Source: Veleropilina oligotropha | Lineage: Eukaryota | Assembly: GCA_048128005.1 (NCBI GenBank) | Contig: JBEUKZ010000066.1 | Span: 124,001 to 188,000, forward strand | Length of the DNA stretch: 64,000 nt | Direction of reading: 5' to 3' | Shown here: piece after piece, positions 13,592 through 28,607 of the stretch | How the letters are laid out: the number at the start of each line of letters is the position of its first letter | Numbering within the stretch: the first letter of the stretch is position 1 | Program-made: the position numbers and the translations under genes | The notes under the pieces: model-generated | The model's database searches: none | The model's input: only the letters and a program-made list of their open reading frames with translations | Told to the model about the DNA's origin: nothing

Positions 13592-14699
13592 CAGGGTTCT
13601 GCCCAGAAAATCATGAGGGCCGGGTGGTAAAATAGTAGTGCTGGGTGGTAAATGAAAATGAGTAAAATGTACACCTAAGCAGCCCTGTGAATTAGCCTGT
13701 AACCACGACGGCATTTTAATGCCGCCGTAAACCTGGACGCTGTCGGCACGAGTCGGCATTTTTTGCGTATGCAAAAATGCATGCCAAAAATTGCGCAAAT
13801 TCAATGTTGCGTAGCCCAATTTTCGTTCGCGCAAAAGTTCAATTAGTGGCCGACTTCAGTTTATTCAATTACAATTAGAAAGATAATTGTTATGAATTTA
13901 CCTGGACTCATGACTACTGCATCTTGGCTGAAGTTGCAATAAACTGTATTAAAAATTGTATATATGTCATACTGAACGTGTCCAAGTATGTACTTGTTTA
14001 TCGATAATTTCTGGGAGTTGGATTCTGATAGTGAAGAACACGTGTCCTGCGGGGTTCACATATTAAAAATCATGATCGTTACGAACATTTTTGCTATAAA
14101 ATATCAAATAAAATAGATTTATTTAGTGAGTTAGGCACATATGATAGCAAAATTTTAAATACTGACACTGGTTTAGGCTGACTTATAACAATGACGCACT
14201 TGAATTAGAAACTTGCAATTTACGACACACGCTCGATCTCCGTCACTTTCCGGCGACAACCGAAACTAGCATGTCGGTGAATGCAGCTTCAGAAAGTTTT
14301 TGCGATAGTCGATGCAATGTCGTGGCTGCCGCGATATTTAAATTTATAGACGTCGAAAATTATTGAATGCGATGTATTTCTGACTGCATTTTAAAGTATA
14401 ATTAGAGATTGCAAAGCAGGGATTATTGAAATATAAATTACGTGTCATATTGCTTGCGACGGCAAAAGGATGCCGTCGCAAATCTCCACGGCGACAGCAA
14501 ATACGACGGCTTTGCCGAATGCCGTCGCTAATTCACATGGCTGCCTAAGTAGAAAATATGCTTGGAATATTTAAATTGATAACAATACATTCGGCATCTT
14601 TTGTTCCATTTGCTATATTAAAATGTCCAAATTCAATGTAAATGCAATAATAAAAATAATGAAAAATAAAAATTCTGCCATTATCGGGGCAGAACCCTG
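13592..14699. mobile_element. MITE with CAGGGTTCTGCCC TIRs and a 6-bp TSD (CCAAGT/CCGAGT)
   Basis: TIRs at both ends; same family as 62592-63432. Confidence 0.8.
13680..14543. mobile_element. MITE nested in the previous MITE, 6-bp TSD CCTAAG
   Basis: CCTAAG|CAGCCCTGTGAATTAGC...GCTAATTCACATGGCTG|CCTAAG; the empty site (tacacctaagtagaaaatatg) is visible in the sister copy near 62740. Confidence 0.9.
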
Positions 14700-17600
14700 C
14701 CGAGTGTATTTCCAACTGGCCTAGTTGGAGCACAGTTGCATAGGATTCTGCTCGTCAAGTAAGATAGCTTTCTACTTGACAATAATATAATATGCCCAGT
14801 TACAAGAATAATTTCAATAAAAGTCTTATCATTTGATCATATATCGATCATATCTTAGCGAAATTTGTATCAGTCTGCGCGAACCGTGCGATAGTGGGTA
14901 TAATGTTTGCGCATGTGGCGTGGTACGAAATCGATGAAGTCATGGTAGATGTTTAGGAGCATTTTATTCACTGATGGAAAGTCACCGTGAATCTACAAAT
15001 AATTACAAACAAATCATTTAATACAAAGAATAAGTATATATCCAAATTAAGTTGCCAACACTGGAACATTTCACATCGATAATATAGGGACTTTCATTGC
15101 CAATTAACATTGTTGTCAATTAAATATATATCTCATTATAATCGTCATTATCATAATCCCTCCAGGATACTCGTCATATATGTGTCATATTTTCATATTA
15201 ACTCAAATCAAAAGTTTAATACAGTATATATATCAATTCATTATCAAATCAATCCAATAACGCTACATTATCATAGTGATAATCCTCATATAATCATGTC
15301 AACCATGATAATAAAATACAACGGTACTCGCTATTATTTATACTTAATGAATCTATAAATAATCAATCAATAATATCATACGAGGCCGGGACGACGAAAT
15401 ATCGCGCATTGGGGAATCCCCTTAATAATATGCACTCATTGGTTAAAATTGCGAGTCATCTGCTATTAATAAACTGTCTACCGATACATAGCGACACTTT
15501 TAGGTCATCCCTGCCAATCTGGGTCATTATATCGCCAGTTGTTCCCGGCTTGTTCATATATAAGTAAATTTAGGGATTTTTCGTGAAAAGGCGATATATA
15601 TGCAGCGTATTCGAGGATTATATGTTGTACAATAACATGATGTGAAACAATTGTTAGATGAGATGAGAACTTCACGATGTTAATTTTAATTTAGATAAAT
15701 ACGATGATTCGGAACATTCTGATATTGATGGGGGGGGTCCTAATTGGGGTTTGCCGCTAATGATATTCCACGCCTTCGACCACGCCCACCCCCAGGAACC
15801 GATGACAGTGATCAAGAGAGTGATCAAAATGAATATTATTTTGTTGATAGTGATTCTTACGATCGTGGGGTTGCTAGATGAGGGAATGTGTACATGTAAA
15901 CAGAGGCAGGTGAGGTGCTGGCCGTGCCAGACCACGTTTACGTGGGGATGGGCGTGGTCATGGTCGTAGGCATGGCAGACGTGCCTGGTCACGGATTCAT
16001 GTGACATTCTAAAGTATAATACTGGAGATAGATGTATATAAGTTGTATTTTACAGGCAATTACATAAACATAAACGGATGAAAATGTGCCAATATTTATT
16101 TCTTGAAATAAGCCCCCCCAAAAATGTCATTCACAGCAAATGTTGTTGAAACGGCAGCCATTTTGAATCCATAATTAGGTCACATGTCCTCATTTACATA
16201 TTTTTATGATTACTGTTACTGAGGCATGGGGGATGACTGACACTAATCCCCATGATCGTGTTGCCTGGAGAAGAGAGCTGCGTGCTGCCAAGAACCGTCC
16301 AACTCCACGTGTGGAAAACGAGAAGTAAATCCGGATACAAACAAACAATCAAATTCAAACCCTGTTCAAGTTGTCTCAATTGTTTCTTCCAGCTATATCT
16401 GACCCAGCCTCACTATCGGTTCTTGTCGGGGATACGACTTTAAAAAGCGCAATGGGGTGTGACCCTTACTGTAACATTCAGTCATGCTACACAGTCACGA
16501 AAAGAGTGCATTTATGGCAATTATTGCCAATAGTCTCTAACACGAGCTGAAAATGGCAAATTAGTTGGTCATAACACATTTTTTATTAAATGTTTATAAA
16601 GAAATATTAGGTAAGCACCAAAAGACATTTATTAAGCACATCTGGATTTCGAATTCACAGTATAAAGTGGTCATTTATAACAGAGCTGCGGTAATGCTAT
16701 CTCTGCACAAATAAACTGAAAAGTGTCCCCATCTTTTCATGTTTACAAAGCATGGAACATTAAAGAAAAATATATTCATGCTGAAAGTGAAATGAGCAAA
16801 ATATACGTTTTCATAACCCTCTTTAGCTATTATTTTGACAGTTTGAATATTTCAGCTAGGGAATCCAGATTCTGGTGGGTGTCATTGGTGGGAATCCAAA
16901 TAGATACTCGCAAAATTTTGCAGGATTCAGGCCCTGACATGTCACTGCTAAATTTATCCAATATCTTAACCTCCTGGTGATAAATTCAGTTAATTTTTTT
17001 CAACATACAAATAATGAATTTATTACACCTACATGTTTATAAAAATATTGCATGAATTTAAAGGGTTCGCTAGTTCTGGATTTTAATCCGTAACTTGTTC
17101 TTTTTCTAATTTGTTTCCCCACAGGTAATGAACAATCAACCACAATAGATCATAAATGATGTTAACATCGACTAGTAATCCACTGTTCAAGAATAATAGT
17201 GTGCTTTGAATTAATCAGCACTGTTCTTTCGCGATTCAATGGTCATTATACTAAATTATACAAAGTGGTCGTTTAATACAGGTGGTCGCATGGGCAGGTT
17301 CGACTGTATGTTCACTTCTTAAAATCCCCATATGACATAAATTGCATGTAAGCATCATATTCGTTATTTAATTAATTGTACATCACATGCTGATTCAATT
17401 GTGTAATGAATGAAAGTTCCAAGGTTCAGGGTGCTCTGAAGTTCTTTGTTCGGTGACTATAATAGTGACACACACTGATAATTAATTTACTTGCTCATGA
17501 CCAGTCTCAAGCATGCTGGAATCGGCTGCTAAAATCTGATCGTTGTTTTGTGCAGTTGACAAAAGTTTGTTCTCGATCAAATTATTTTATGCGGATATAT

Positions 17601-18676
17601 TGTTAAAAGTAATTTATAATCATTATAAGCAGTGTATTTTACGTAACCAAAGAATAAAGTAATAATAATGTTTGTATTCATTTAGCTAGCAGAGTACATG
17701 GAGTAGTTTTTTAGTTACTGTCTTTTATTCAAATATATATTAATGATAAATCTTGATGGTATTGATTCTGGTTTCCATAGATCAGTTATTAGTTGTAGTG
17801 CGTAGGCAACGTAAGTGATCTGTTATATATACATTACATCACCATGTTAGTCGCCTTATGAAAATCATGAAGTACTTTTGCATTCCATTGCTAAGTCGTA
17901 CTGAAGCGATAATATCTTAAAGACTGACATATTGACACTTTTATCACATTACATTAATTTATTATGTATTATATTACATATAATGGTAGTAAATATGTGC
18001 AAGTTGAAAAGTAAAAGTGTTACTGTAGCATGCCAGAGCATGATTTGGTCAACAATTCAATTGTCAAGGGAAATACAACATGAACATGTCTAAATACTGT
18101 AGAACTTTTATTATATACATGGGCATTAAATCATTCATTGTCTGGTTTAGGTTTTGTTCGATTGTGAATGTCACATTTTCCATACATGTCATATTGTGTT
18201 AACACCCTCCAGGTTCATACTACTACTAGGACATACGGCTGCATGGACTCCATATTACCGCAAGAAGAAAGTCTTGTTGCCTGGTAAAACCCTCCCGCAC
18301 CGTCCAGTTAGGACAACTCTGACTGTTAACTGCACCAAGTGCTCAACTGACATATCTGAGGATTCAGCCCCACTCCTGTTAATCAGAGCAGTCAGGCAGG
18401 TGTATTGATGGTCTCACTGGTATTCACTGCTCAGCCGGGCGACCATTGATGAGCATATATATCTGTGCCACATATTGTCTTTAGAAAGACACATTGTTAT
18501 CCTAATGTGATAGTGTGATCATGCATCTAACACTAACAGAAGAGATATACAGATTTTAACGTAATTTAATACAATTCAATTATTACCATGTATATATAGT
18601 ACTATATACATGTATATATGCTAGTTTTGCATGATTTTACATGTCTCTTGTTTTATCAGATGACTTGCCTATGAGT

Positions 18677-19035
18677 CAGGGTTACAATTTAAGAAAATAG
18701 TGCACCAATCCAACCGGATGCAGATTGGTTGGTCAGGACATTTGCCAATCCGTGTAAATTTCAGCCAGTCCGGATAAAAATCTTCATAAATATCTATGCA
18801 TAATAATGTCTGAAGCAATGATTCACTGATTTGGTCAGGGTTTATTTTAATGAGTTATTTCATTAAAAATTTATTTTTGTTATTAATGCTTCCAATTTTA
18901 CTTCAATTATTTGATTTGATAAAATATGTTGCCAGTCCCACCAGATTGAAACACAAATTATCTTACCAATCCTGCACCAATCCGGCATGAAAAACAGCCT
19001 CGGATTGATGGATTGGTGCCCAAATTCTAACCCTG
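18677..19035. mobile_element. Short CAGGGTT-ended MITE with a ~6-bp TSD (ATGAGT/TTGAGT)
   Basis: CAGGGTTACAATTT...AAATTCTAACCCTG, with internal ccaatcc subterminal repeats. Confidence 0.65.
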
Positions 19036-21838
19036 TTGAGTGCACGCCCATCTTTTTAAAAACCTGACACTAGTGACAGACACACGAATTTCAATTATTT
19101 GTTATCCATCGCAATTTAATCTAAACGATTAAAATCACACACATCTCTGAAAATATATAAATTTATAAATGCAAAGTCATGATAATTAGTTTATGAAGCT
19201 TTATACCTGAACTTACATATTTTAATATAACTGACTCTAGTTTTCATCAAGAATAAGCTCTTGAACATAATGATAATTAATTATGCTAATATTTGTCGTT
19301 ATTAACCAAGGTACTTGCTCCATTCATGTAGATAATGCAGATAGTAAGAGGTAACTTATATCAAAATAGCATGCCGATATAAAGTATTTAATATTGATTT
19401 TATGCTTATGACAAAGGATTAATTAAGATTTTCTTTGATTATGTTACATAATAAAACGTCAAGTGTGCTCGGCCGCTGATGCGAGGAACTAATTATGTTA
19501 TGAACATGCATGCCTGGATCAATGTTGTAGTAATTATCGATTATTGATTTGCCAATATCTGTACAAATTCTTAAGTTAGAACCCTTTATCGTGGGCGTCA
19601 TTGTACTAATATTGCAGACCTGTATTATCAACGAATTCTCTGAGATATTGAATGTACTGAAAATCAGGTTACTGGAAAAGATGGATCACTGGCAGTGAAG
19701 GAGACTATTTGGAATTAAATACGTATAAACATTATCAACAACAAATAAGGCCATTTGAAATTGGAGAGGTTGGTGTGGCCGAGTGGGAGAGGTTGGTGTG
19801 GCCGAGTGGGAGAGGTTGGTGTGGCTGAGTGGATGTTAACGACATTGAACTATGAATCCTGGGGTTGATATTGACAAGTCATTGTAACAAGCATGTGCCA
19901 GACTTCCCCCCCCGAAAATATGCCGTCTCCATTGCACATTGATGTCGGATCGTAAAACCGGGTGTCCTGATTTTGATGTAGCCTGAATTATGTTCAAAAG
20001 TGGTTGTTAAACTTCTAAAAACCAAACCATTTGGAATTGTATATATATGTGAAAAACAGATCTAAGCATTTTGATTCAAGTCAATAAGCACATGTACTTT
20101 TCCTTTTGATATTTGAGTAAGAGAGCATATATCACTTCTATTATTAATATTAGAATGGTAATATTGATCACATCACCATACATACCTGTTAAATAATAAA
20201 TAATTGGTACTTATTAGTAATTGAATGACAATGGTGTATAGATTAAAATTTAAATCTTCCCAGTTTGCTGCTATATATTCCTCAGGTGTGGTCATTAGTC
20301 TAAAAGCTTTAGTATGGTTGAGTTGAATCGTTCTTAAGGATTTAATTATTTTTCTTGTGCGAAATTACGCATAACGTAGACTATTATTTTGCAATTTAAT
20401 AATTTATCATACTCCTTTTCTTCTAAGTGAAATTGCGATCTTGCTTTAGGCTTCTTGTCACTACATGCGTTAGATGGAAGAATGAAGTGCTGATTAATGA
20501 CCATGGCAGCAATTTGTCTGTAAAATCAAGTTAATCCACTTTAGATGGTGAATGGAAGTGAGGACAGTGCTATAAGATCAACCATTGCATGCCATTGGTC
20601 AGACATATGTCACAAGACTGGTGATTGGTTAGATTATGTGGTCAGGTGGTTTTTTTTAAAGGTAGCCTAATTAGCATAATTACAGAAATTGATGTCATCT
20701 GTTAGAAATTCTATGGTGTACCTGAAGTTCTAAATATGCGATATCCCATTAAGAATGAATGAGTAATGTGGTGGCAGTCAGAATCCAATGACCAAACAAA
20801 TAATAATTTGTTAATTATATTAATTTGTTAAAGTAATTAGCTATGCGGAAATATAGCACATGCATCAACAACCGCGTCACAAAACATATTTATCCCACTG
20901 TGATAATAGGTACTCGTATACAACATGCATATTTTAAAGACAAACTTTGTTATTTATAAAATACTAGAGTTATCTCTCGTAGCTCGAGTTATTGCAGTTT
21001 TACGTATTAGATAAAGAGTTTTATGTATCCATGAAGATTGTGATTTTATGCAAACCAATGATGATTAGTTGAATGGACCCAATTAAATCGCATGCTCATT
21101 CCGAACTTAGGCTATTAGCTGTATATGAGAAACGACTGAATCAATTCCGTGCCATTATTGAGCCGTAAAATCCTGTAGTTGTCATTGATTATCCTAGGTA
21201 CATCTCTACGCCATTATGGTCAAAGTTTAATGATATATGCTTGGTTGGCGGACCGGTGAATATATGGCAGTTCCGAACATAGTTTGATCGGTTTAATTGT
21301 AGCTACCGCACTTAGAGCGTAAAGTAATGTAACAAATATTTGTCAATGGTCCACGCATATGAACAATTGAACATTTTAAATATGCTTTGGATGTTTTCTG
21401 GGTATGTGCACTTCAGAACTGCAATATGCGTGATTTACGAGACACCATAAGTAACCTTATCCCTAGCTGAGCTTTAAAGGTGTGTCATTTTTCTTTGTGC
21501 ACATTTATTCATCCATGGTGTTTGATTTGAAAACAGGTTATTATTAATGTAGATTCAGACTAAAGAAAAAAAATTAAATATATGGCACCAGACGGTGACC
21601 AGGCAGTGCAGTTAGTTTTATTCTTTATGGTGTTTAACCATCATGATTAGTTACCGGTATCAAGTTTGAATAAGCTGGATTGTAACCTCGATCTTAATTG
21701 GTTCTTGTGTTGGTTTAACATTGGCCTTCTAAACACAGGCGATTTACAATTAGTTTATCGCTGTTTCCACGTCATCATGGATTCAATCCAGTAAGTATAT
21801 ATATATATGGTACATTCGTTGGTGGTGTAATTAGCATA

Positions 21839-22548
21839 CCGTATTTATTCCATATATCGCGCCGGGCACGGAACTTTTATTTTGAAGGGGGGGGGGGGGG
21901 GGGGCGCCATAAATAGGGCCATAATATGTTATAATTTCTTACTACTTTCCTTGAAATAGACATTTTTAAAAGTCTGTCCACCAATAGTTTTACACCAGTA
22001 AATCGAATATAGTAGTCAATTTCCAATCCTCCAGCTACCGGCGAATGTGTATAGCCAACTCATCAGTGGTTACGATGCAAACAACTTTTCCGCCATGTTT
22101 CAGAGACAAATGGACAAGCTTACTAATTTCTCTCAGAACATGTCTCACAATTTCGTTGTTTAATTTTACCGCTACTGCGTAATTATCGAATTGATTGTTA
22201 TTTCGATACCTGTGTCTAATTTATGTCCAATATATGGAATCCACGCAGATTTATTGACGTAACAGCCTCTTACATGCGATGCGACCTCGTACACGCACAT
22301 GGTGAAAGATATAGGTCAAACCGATTCTCTGACAACATCTGTCGAGTAGCATCGGCACATGTCGATAGTTTCCGTCATGTCTGTTGCAGAAACTCTCGTC
22401 TCGTTCACCGATTGTGTCCGTAAACAACAACAAGATCGCTGTATTTACTAAGGGTTGTACATGCCCGTTGTAAATATCCGTGAAAAATCAAAATTGAAAA
22501 GTGGGGGCGCTATATTTGGAAGGGCCACGATATATTGAATAAATACGG
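21839..22548. mobile_element. Tc1/mariner-type MITE with TA TSD
   Basis: TA|CCGTATTTATTCCATATATCG...CGATATATTGAATAAATACGG|TA. Confidence 0.8.
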
Positions 22549-25089
22549 TATATATAATGTTTTTACATATTCAGAATTGTCAAATGATTATTGGATGTAG
22601 TTGGATTGCATTGCCAGTTTTACGACCATTTTTGACAGTTTCTCAGTCATATGTTCTTGAAACCCCAGTTAACGAACTGCTTCGGCGGGTGAGTGGTTGC
22701 GTGTTAGACACTCAAATGAGACCGCCAGGGTTCGACGCCAGCTGGCTGCTTATTCTACCGGTTTAAATAATCCCCATTGTATGTTGGTCAGATCGGAGTT
22801 AGACCTTTAACCGGCGGGTGTCCCGACTGCGTTAAGGTGGAAAAATTGCCAATTTGAAAGTGGTCGTAAAACAAAGTATCCAACCAGCCCCAGTTTAACG
22901 TTTTCATTTGAATGACGGGTAATGGGTTTGAACCCATTTGGTCTATTATATTGCACTTGAACAACCCAGGCTGAACAAGACTTTCGAATCGTTCATAATT
23001 TTATTGAAGTTGAACATTGAATGAAGTTAATTGACCTGGCGGTCAGAAGCATGTTTTCTGATAAAAACAGGCTTCTCTCGCACAACATTTGTTGGAATTG
23101 TTTTTAGTTTTTAAGTATGCTGATCTCATAGCTACATGAGATTGAATATATGTCGCATGTATTAAATTTTAAAATGTAAAAGAAAGTTTCATGCCTGGAG
23201 TTTCTCATTTTAGTGCAAGACTTGGCTTACTTTACATACTGTACCGTGATGCCTTGAGCATTAAGAACTTGTTACAAGGCATGAAGTTAGTACTAGACTA
23301 AGTGCTATGTCTAGTACCCGGTTAATATCTTGTTTATTGTTTTTCACATAATGTATGATGTTGCTTTATGTACAATCACGAAGCCTCTATTATTAATAAG
23401 CATTTTTTGCTAGGTATTAAATACTAGTTCCTTGTTTGTTGAACAGTTATGTTTTATTATTATGCTTTACAAAACAGACTAATTTAGTGTTCTCAACAGT
23501 CTGTATCTGTTACAAATGAACATGCTGTTGCATGTTATTATGGCATATGAAAAAGTATAGGAAATCCATTCATCAGTTGTAAAGGTATACTATATATATA
23601 GAGTCTAATGAAGACAATTTAAATACATACCGAAATATTATAAATATTTAATAGCAATTTCCTATGATCATTGGTTACATACTATGATAGAGATAAAGAT
23701 CGATATATGTCTCACTGTACGAATCAATATACAACATTTTGTGTCTGTGAAATAATGGGCCACCCCCATGGCACAGTAGCTCAATCTACTCGCCTGGGTG
23801 TATTAATTACGAACGATGAGCTTTTCTATAAACACTTTTGGGATTTTACAATCTACTCGCCTGGGTGTATTAATTACGAACGATGAGCTTTTCTATAAAC
23901 ACTTTTGGGATTTTACATACATCCTATATATATAATCTCATAGAAAATGCATGGGTCGGGCGACACTGGGTGCGGAATCAATCTGGCACGATGCGTATGG
24001 TATGTCAGGTGATGGATTCATCAATTTCTGCAAGGGCCATGTGCGTTCAGAAGAGAATTGGCAAATCCGGCCCGTCTGATTTTGCATGTTTTTTATTTGC
24101 CGAATGATACTTTTGAGAACTTCTGATGGTTTCATCGGGGAATCTCCTTGATTTTCGCTCATCGCGTTCACAGCAAAACGATCATGACCGCTGGCACAAG
24201 AAACTACAGTGGCGGAGATGTATGCAAGAAAATAATACAGAGGTTCAGAAACACCAGGCTGCATGATCCTGGATGCGAAGACTATCGTGATACATCGCGT
24301 GGCTCGCCATATCCACTTGGCTTGATATTAATAGCAAGCAATCATTGGTTCCTTGGGTCATGTACAGTGTTCTCCCTTGGGCACTTAATATAAGCTGGCA
24401 GGGCCGCCACCCTATGAACATTGCCTGCCAACCTTTGACCCCTGAGGATCCCCGCACCTTTCCATACTTTTTAAATTTTTTTATAATGACCACCATACCA
24501 GATGCTGACCCCCATAGAAACCATAATAATTAATATATTATTACAATATATATATTATATTATATTAGAATATATATAATTATATACATGCATATATGCA
24601 TACATACATAATATTATGTACATGCACGCACGTGCGTGAACACAAGCGACCCCTCCGCGACATAATTCCCACGCCTTATTTCAATCCGGGGAGAACCCTG
24701 ATGTATAATATGTTTGTGTGATCAGGTATATAATATCAACTCAACCATTCCTATATATGGGAGGCATGCATGATGTAGACAAGTCTACTTATACATACGC
24801 ATGTTGCCGTACCAGGAATAAATCATGTCTTAATGTCCGTGACGTGATGCATACGCATCCTGTGTGGCCAGTCTTTAGGGCTTTCCTCTGACATTAATTT
24901 GGGCATGTTTCAACATGGCCACTAATATTGAAACGGGACGTTGACGTCAAATTGTGCATGGATAATAATATATTGAATACTAGATGTTGATAAGAGGATA
25001 GTTCCCAATCCACTCGCTTGACTGCTCTGATTAACAGGAGTAGACTCGAATCCTTGGCTTGGTAATGTCACATTTGTCCATTATCCATA

Positions 25090-25488
25090 ACTGGTTGGTG
25101 TGCACATGTTATTGTGGGCGACCTACTGGTTGGTGTGCACATGTTATTGTGGGCGACCTACTGGTTGGTGTGCACATGTTATTGTGGGCGACCTACTGGT
25201 TGGTGTGCACATGTTATTGTGGGCGACCTACTGGTTGGTGTGCACATGTTATTGTGGGCGACCTACTGGTTGGTGTGCACATGTTATTGTGGGCGACCTA
25301 CTGGTTGGTGTGCACATGTTATTGTGGGCGACCTACTGGTTGGTGTGCACATGTTATTGTGGGCGACCTACTGGTTGGTGTGCACATGTTATTGTGGGCG
25401 ACCTGTCATAACTGGTTGGTGTGCACATGTTATTGTGGGCGACCTGTCATAACTGGTTGGTGTGCACATGTTATTGTGGGCGACCTGT
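25090..25488 (+). repeat. 35-bp minisatellite, about 11 copies
   Basis: Unit ctggttggtgtgcacatgttattgtgggcgaccta repeated head to tail; the last units carry a gtcata variant. Confidence 0.95.
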
Positions 25489-28400
25489 CTTTCCTCATGA
25501 TGCGATAGTATTGATATATGTTTCGAATATGACCCTGAAATGTTGTAAAATGCGACAGTAACTTAAGCATCGATGCAATTGTACCAGATTATATATTGGG
25601 CTTATTGTTGTGACTCTGGGCGCATTTCATATTTATAAATAATGCCATTGGATACACCTAGTGACTAAATCCCCAATCCCCGCTGATGTTATCAAGGCAG
25701 CACTTAAGAAAGACTGATTAAATTTTTTCGTGTCATACAAATTAACAGCCATATTGATTTGTTACAGAGTAACAAATCAAAATGCATGCATCAGATACAT
25801 ACAGAATCTACTTAAAATGTCCTGTAGGTTAACTACCTGTCATCATTATTCAGACATTCTTCAGACTATACCTTCTTAGGTACGTCTTGTCATCTTTTCT
25901 AAATCCCAGCATTATGTCACATGCCTAACATTTTTTCTGGTCTCCGATGACATTGATCGCCCAGATAATTGTATACAATATGACATGTGCAACTTATAAA
26001 TACACATGAAGGCATAATAAAGGTAGGGAGCACTTTCTACAGCAAGTTATGTTCGACTGTGCCAGGTATGTGTTTCCATCAAATGTTATTTTGTCGTCAT
26101 GTTGCCATTTCAATGATTCAATTTTTATATGGAAAACCCTATAACTCGATCACTGTCATCTTTCATTTCCCTTGATATGAAAATGATTAAATAGTACCAC
26201 TATAATATTATAGTGTCAAGAGGACCTGTTGAGCCAGAGTTTTTAACTGTCCTCTAGATCTATTGCTCAACAGGTAGAGAGTGTCAGAAACAATGAACCA
26301 GTCTGAGAGTTATCATTCAATTAAAATGTGTAATATTGACGTCATACATTGATTAACACTGCATGACTAATTGACATCTCTAACAAATTTCATTGTTTTA
26401 AAATGGCACTTGAATCATTTATTCAACCCAAAACAAATGATGATGCCTGATTCATAATTTATAAAGTGTAAATTGAATGGAAAATTAATATGCAGAAAAC
26501 AAAGTTATGTATGTATTAAGTTTGATGTCCTTGTACCCTTCTTCGTCTACATCGGAGGCCGCTCTAGTAGTCATGTGGTCTCGAGTGCTGACTCGGAAAT
26601 TACTGGCTAAATTGCGCTCGCTAACAGGAGTTTGAATCACGGTTGGGCATGACATTCTTTGGTCAGTTATCAATCACAGATGTCCTTAAATGGCCGAAGA
26701 GGGCGGGTTTACACAGGCTACCAAGCTTTCTTCCCGCCATAATATGGACATGTCCTGTCTTGAATGTCAAGGTTGTAAATATACAGGACATTAAGCATCA
26801 ATCCATTTCTCTTGATCAGACTATATTTCTGCTTTATTAATAGTGTTCCAATGTTTTTATGTCTGCTTTTCCTAGATTTTTGACAACTACGTGCTTCACA
26901 AGTTCTAGTTCCCACTTGTAAATTAAATTGTCAATTTTTAAACATTTTCAATTGTTGTTTGTCAAAAATATATTCTATCGAGTATATCCCTTGAAAGAAT
27001 GACCTAAATAGCAGTATTTGTCAGCGCATATGCATTATAATCAGACATCTGATTAACTGATTAAGATAAATTTACTAGAAAAATCTGTGTATATACTATA
27101 TATCTGTATTTATGTGTACAAGTTTCACATAAATATGTATTAATAACTATATGCATGCGACACTCCAGCGATCTGATCTCAGCTGGGGGCATATTCAATA
27201 CACTACACGAGCACACAAGACGATTAAGTCAACAGTCTTCGATGAACACAAGACCGCAACAGACTGAAAATAGTCCGTTAAGTTGCTTGTATAACCCGGG
27301 TAGATTTTACACGATAGAAGATTGAAAGTGTCTATCGAGAAGAACGATGTTTATTTTATAATTGTGTCAAGAGGTAATGCTGTATAGCTGATAAGCAAAT
27401 GACTGCATGTCTATTATGGAATGGCATGTCCCAAAATTAGAGCTCATGTAGTCTACATTAAATTGAAATTTTCTTATGTTTTGTTTAAGCTGAATTTGAC
27501 ACCACTATTAATTATGTGTATATATATCTTTCAAATAAATAGTATATTTAAGGTGATTGAAACATTTGTATTTAAATAATTAATTTCCCGAGCAATTAAG
27601 TCTGGGATACTTTTTGCTTTTGTATTCATTTCGCTGCCGCTGCGTGCATGTGCAGAGATTTTTAATGTGCAACTCGACAATCAAAAGTTATTACTAAATT
27701 TCCTCCAAATTCAATATGTATACTAGTATTTGTTATGGTGACTCCAAACTATTTTTGTTATTTTCGCTTTCAAGGTATTTGTCGTGTGGATACATGTACA
27801 GGGCCCTTCGAGTTTTAGACTTGAGAAATTTGCTAATTAATTCTGAAAGTATATTTGAATAGTGAAATTAAATAGAAGTAAAATAACTGCCAAGATTTTG
27901 TCGACAGCTTAGATAATAGAAACATAAGCATTGTGAGTAGTTATTTTAATATTTTAATAATTAATTATGATATTCAGGTAAAAATCACCCATTCTATAAG
28001 ACATGCACATTTCATGAGAGGGAATGCTGTTTTACACATGTTAATGCCTGCTTCTTTATCAAGTGGTTTGCTCATGAGCACTTCAGAGAAAATATGATGG
28101 GCGTATATTGTGACCTGGTTAATAATGATTTTTAACATTTCAAGATTTTATCGTTGTAAAGGTAAATTATTGTCTACTATTTTAGCAGCTACCATTCAGT
28201 CATAGTGGGTGGATTCCCAACAAGGTTAACAGTCGCACAAGATTGATGACTAAAATAAACACAAACTCTTAACTTTTTATATGCAAACATTTTATTGCAC
28301 TGCAGTACATGCAGTATAATTCGACATCAATAAATATTTGCCCATGCTGTTCAGTGTTGAACACCCACTCATAAAGCTCTGTGTATCATTGTGAACTGTA

Positions 28401-28607
28401 ATTTATGTTTGCAAAGCCACATGGAATCTGAATGCCTAAAGTATTCTTTCACTTTGCCAGCACATGTTATACATTTGTATGAGTATTGGTGTTTGCAGAT
28501 ACTTTGACTCATTTGAGTTGTCATAATGTTACGTAGCTGAGATTTACAACATTGCAGTAGTATAGCCCACAACTTTATTGCCTGTGGAGCTTCCAGGTCC
28601 ACCCATA

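Larger units (their letters stand above)
11259..16936. mobile_element. CAGGG-ended non-autonomous DNA transposon (hAT-like termini) with 5-bp TSD ACATG, containing nested elements
   Basis: Left ACATG|CAGGGGCTGAAT; right ATTCAGGCCCTG|ACATG. Confidence 0.65.
10950..17306. mobile_element. Probable Tc1/mariner-pogo-type MITE ends (TA-flanked) enclosing nested inserts
   Basis: Left TA|CCGTCAAACCTG...gaccac; right gtggtcgc...CAGGTTCGACTG|TA. Pairing the two ends as one element is inferred. Confidence 0.45.

Noticed and set aside
19767..20030. Short tandem triplication plus SINE-like sequence (similar cases at ~13180-13420 and ~22675-22890)
   Set aside because: Probably old tRNA-derived SINEs, but too degraded to bound or classify by eye.
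25059..25508. 35-bp repeat array and its repetitive ORFs, considered as a CRISPR array or a protein
   Set aside because: Units are head to tail with no unique spacers, there are no cas genes and the context is eukaryotic; the ORFs are by-products of a stop-free repeat.
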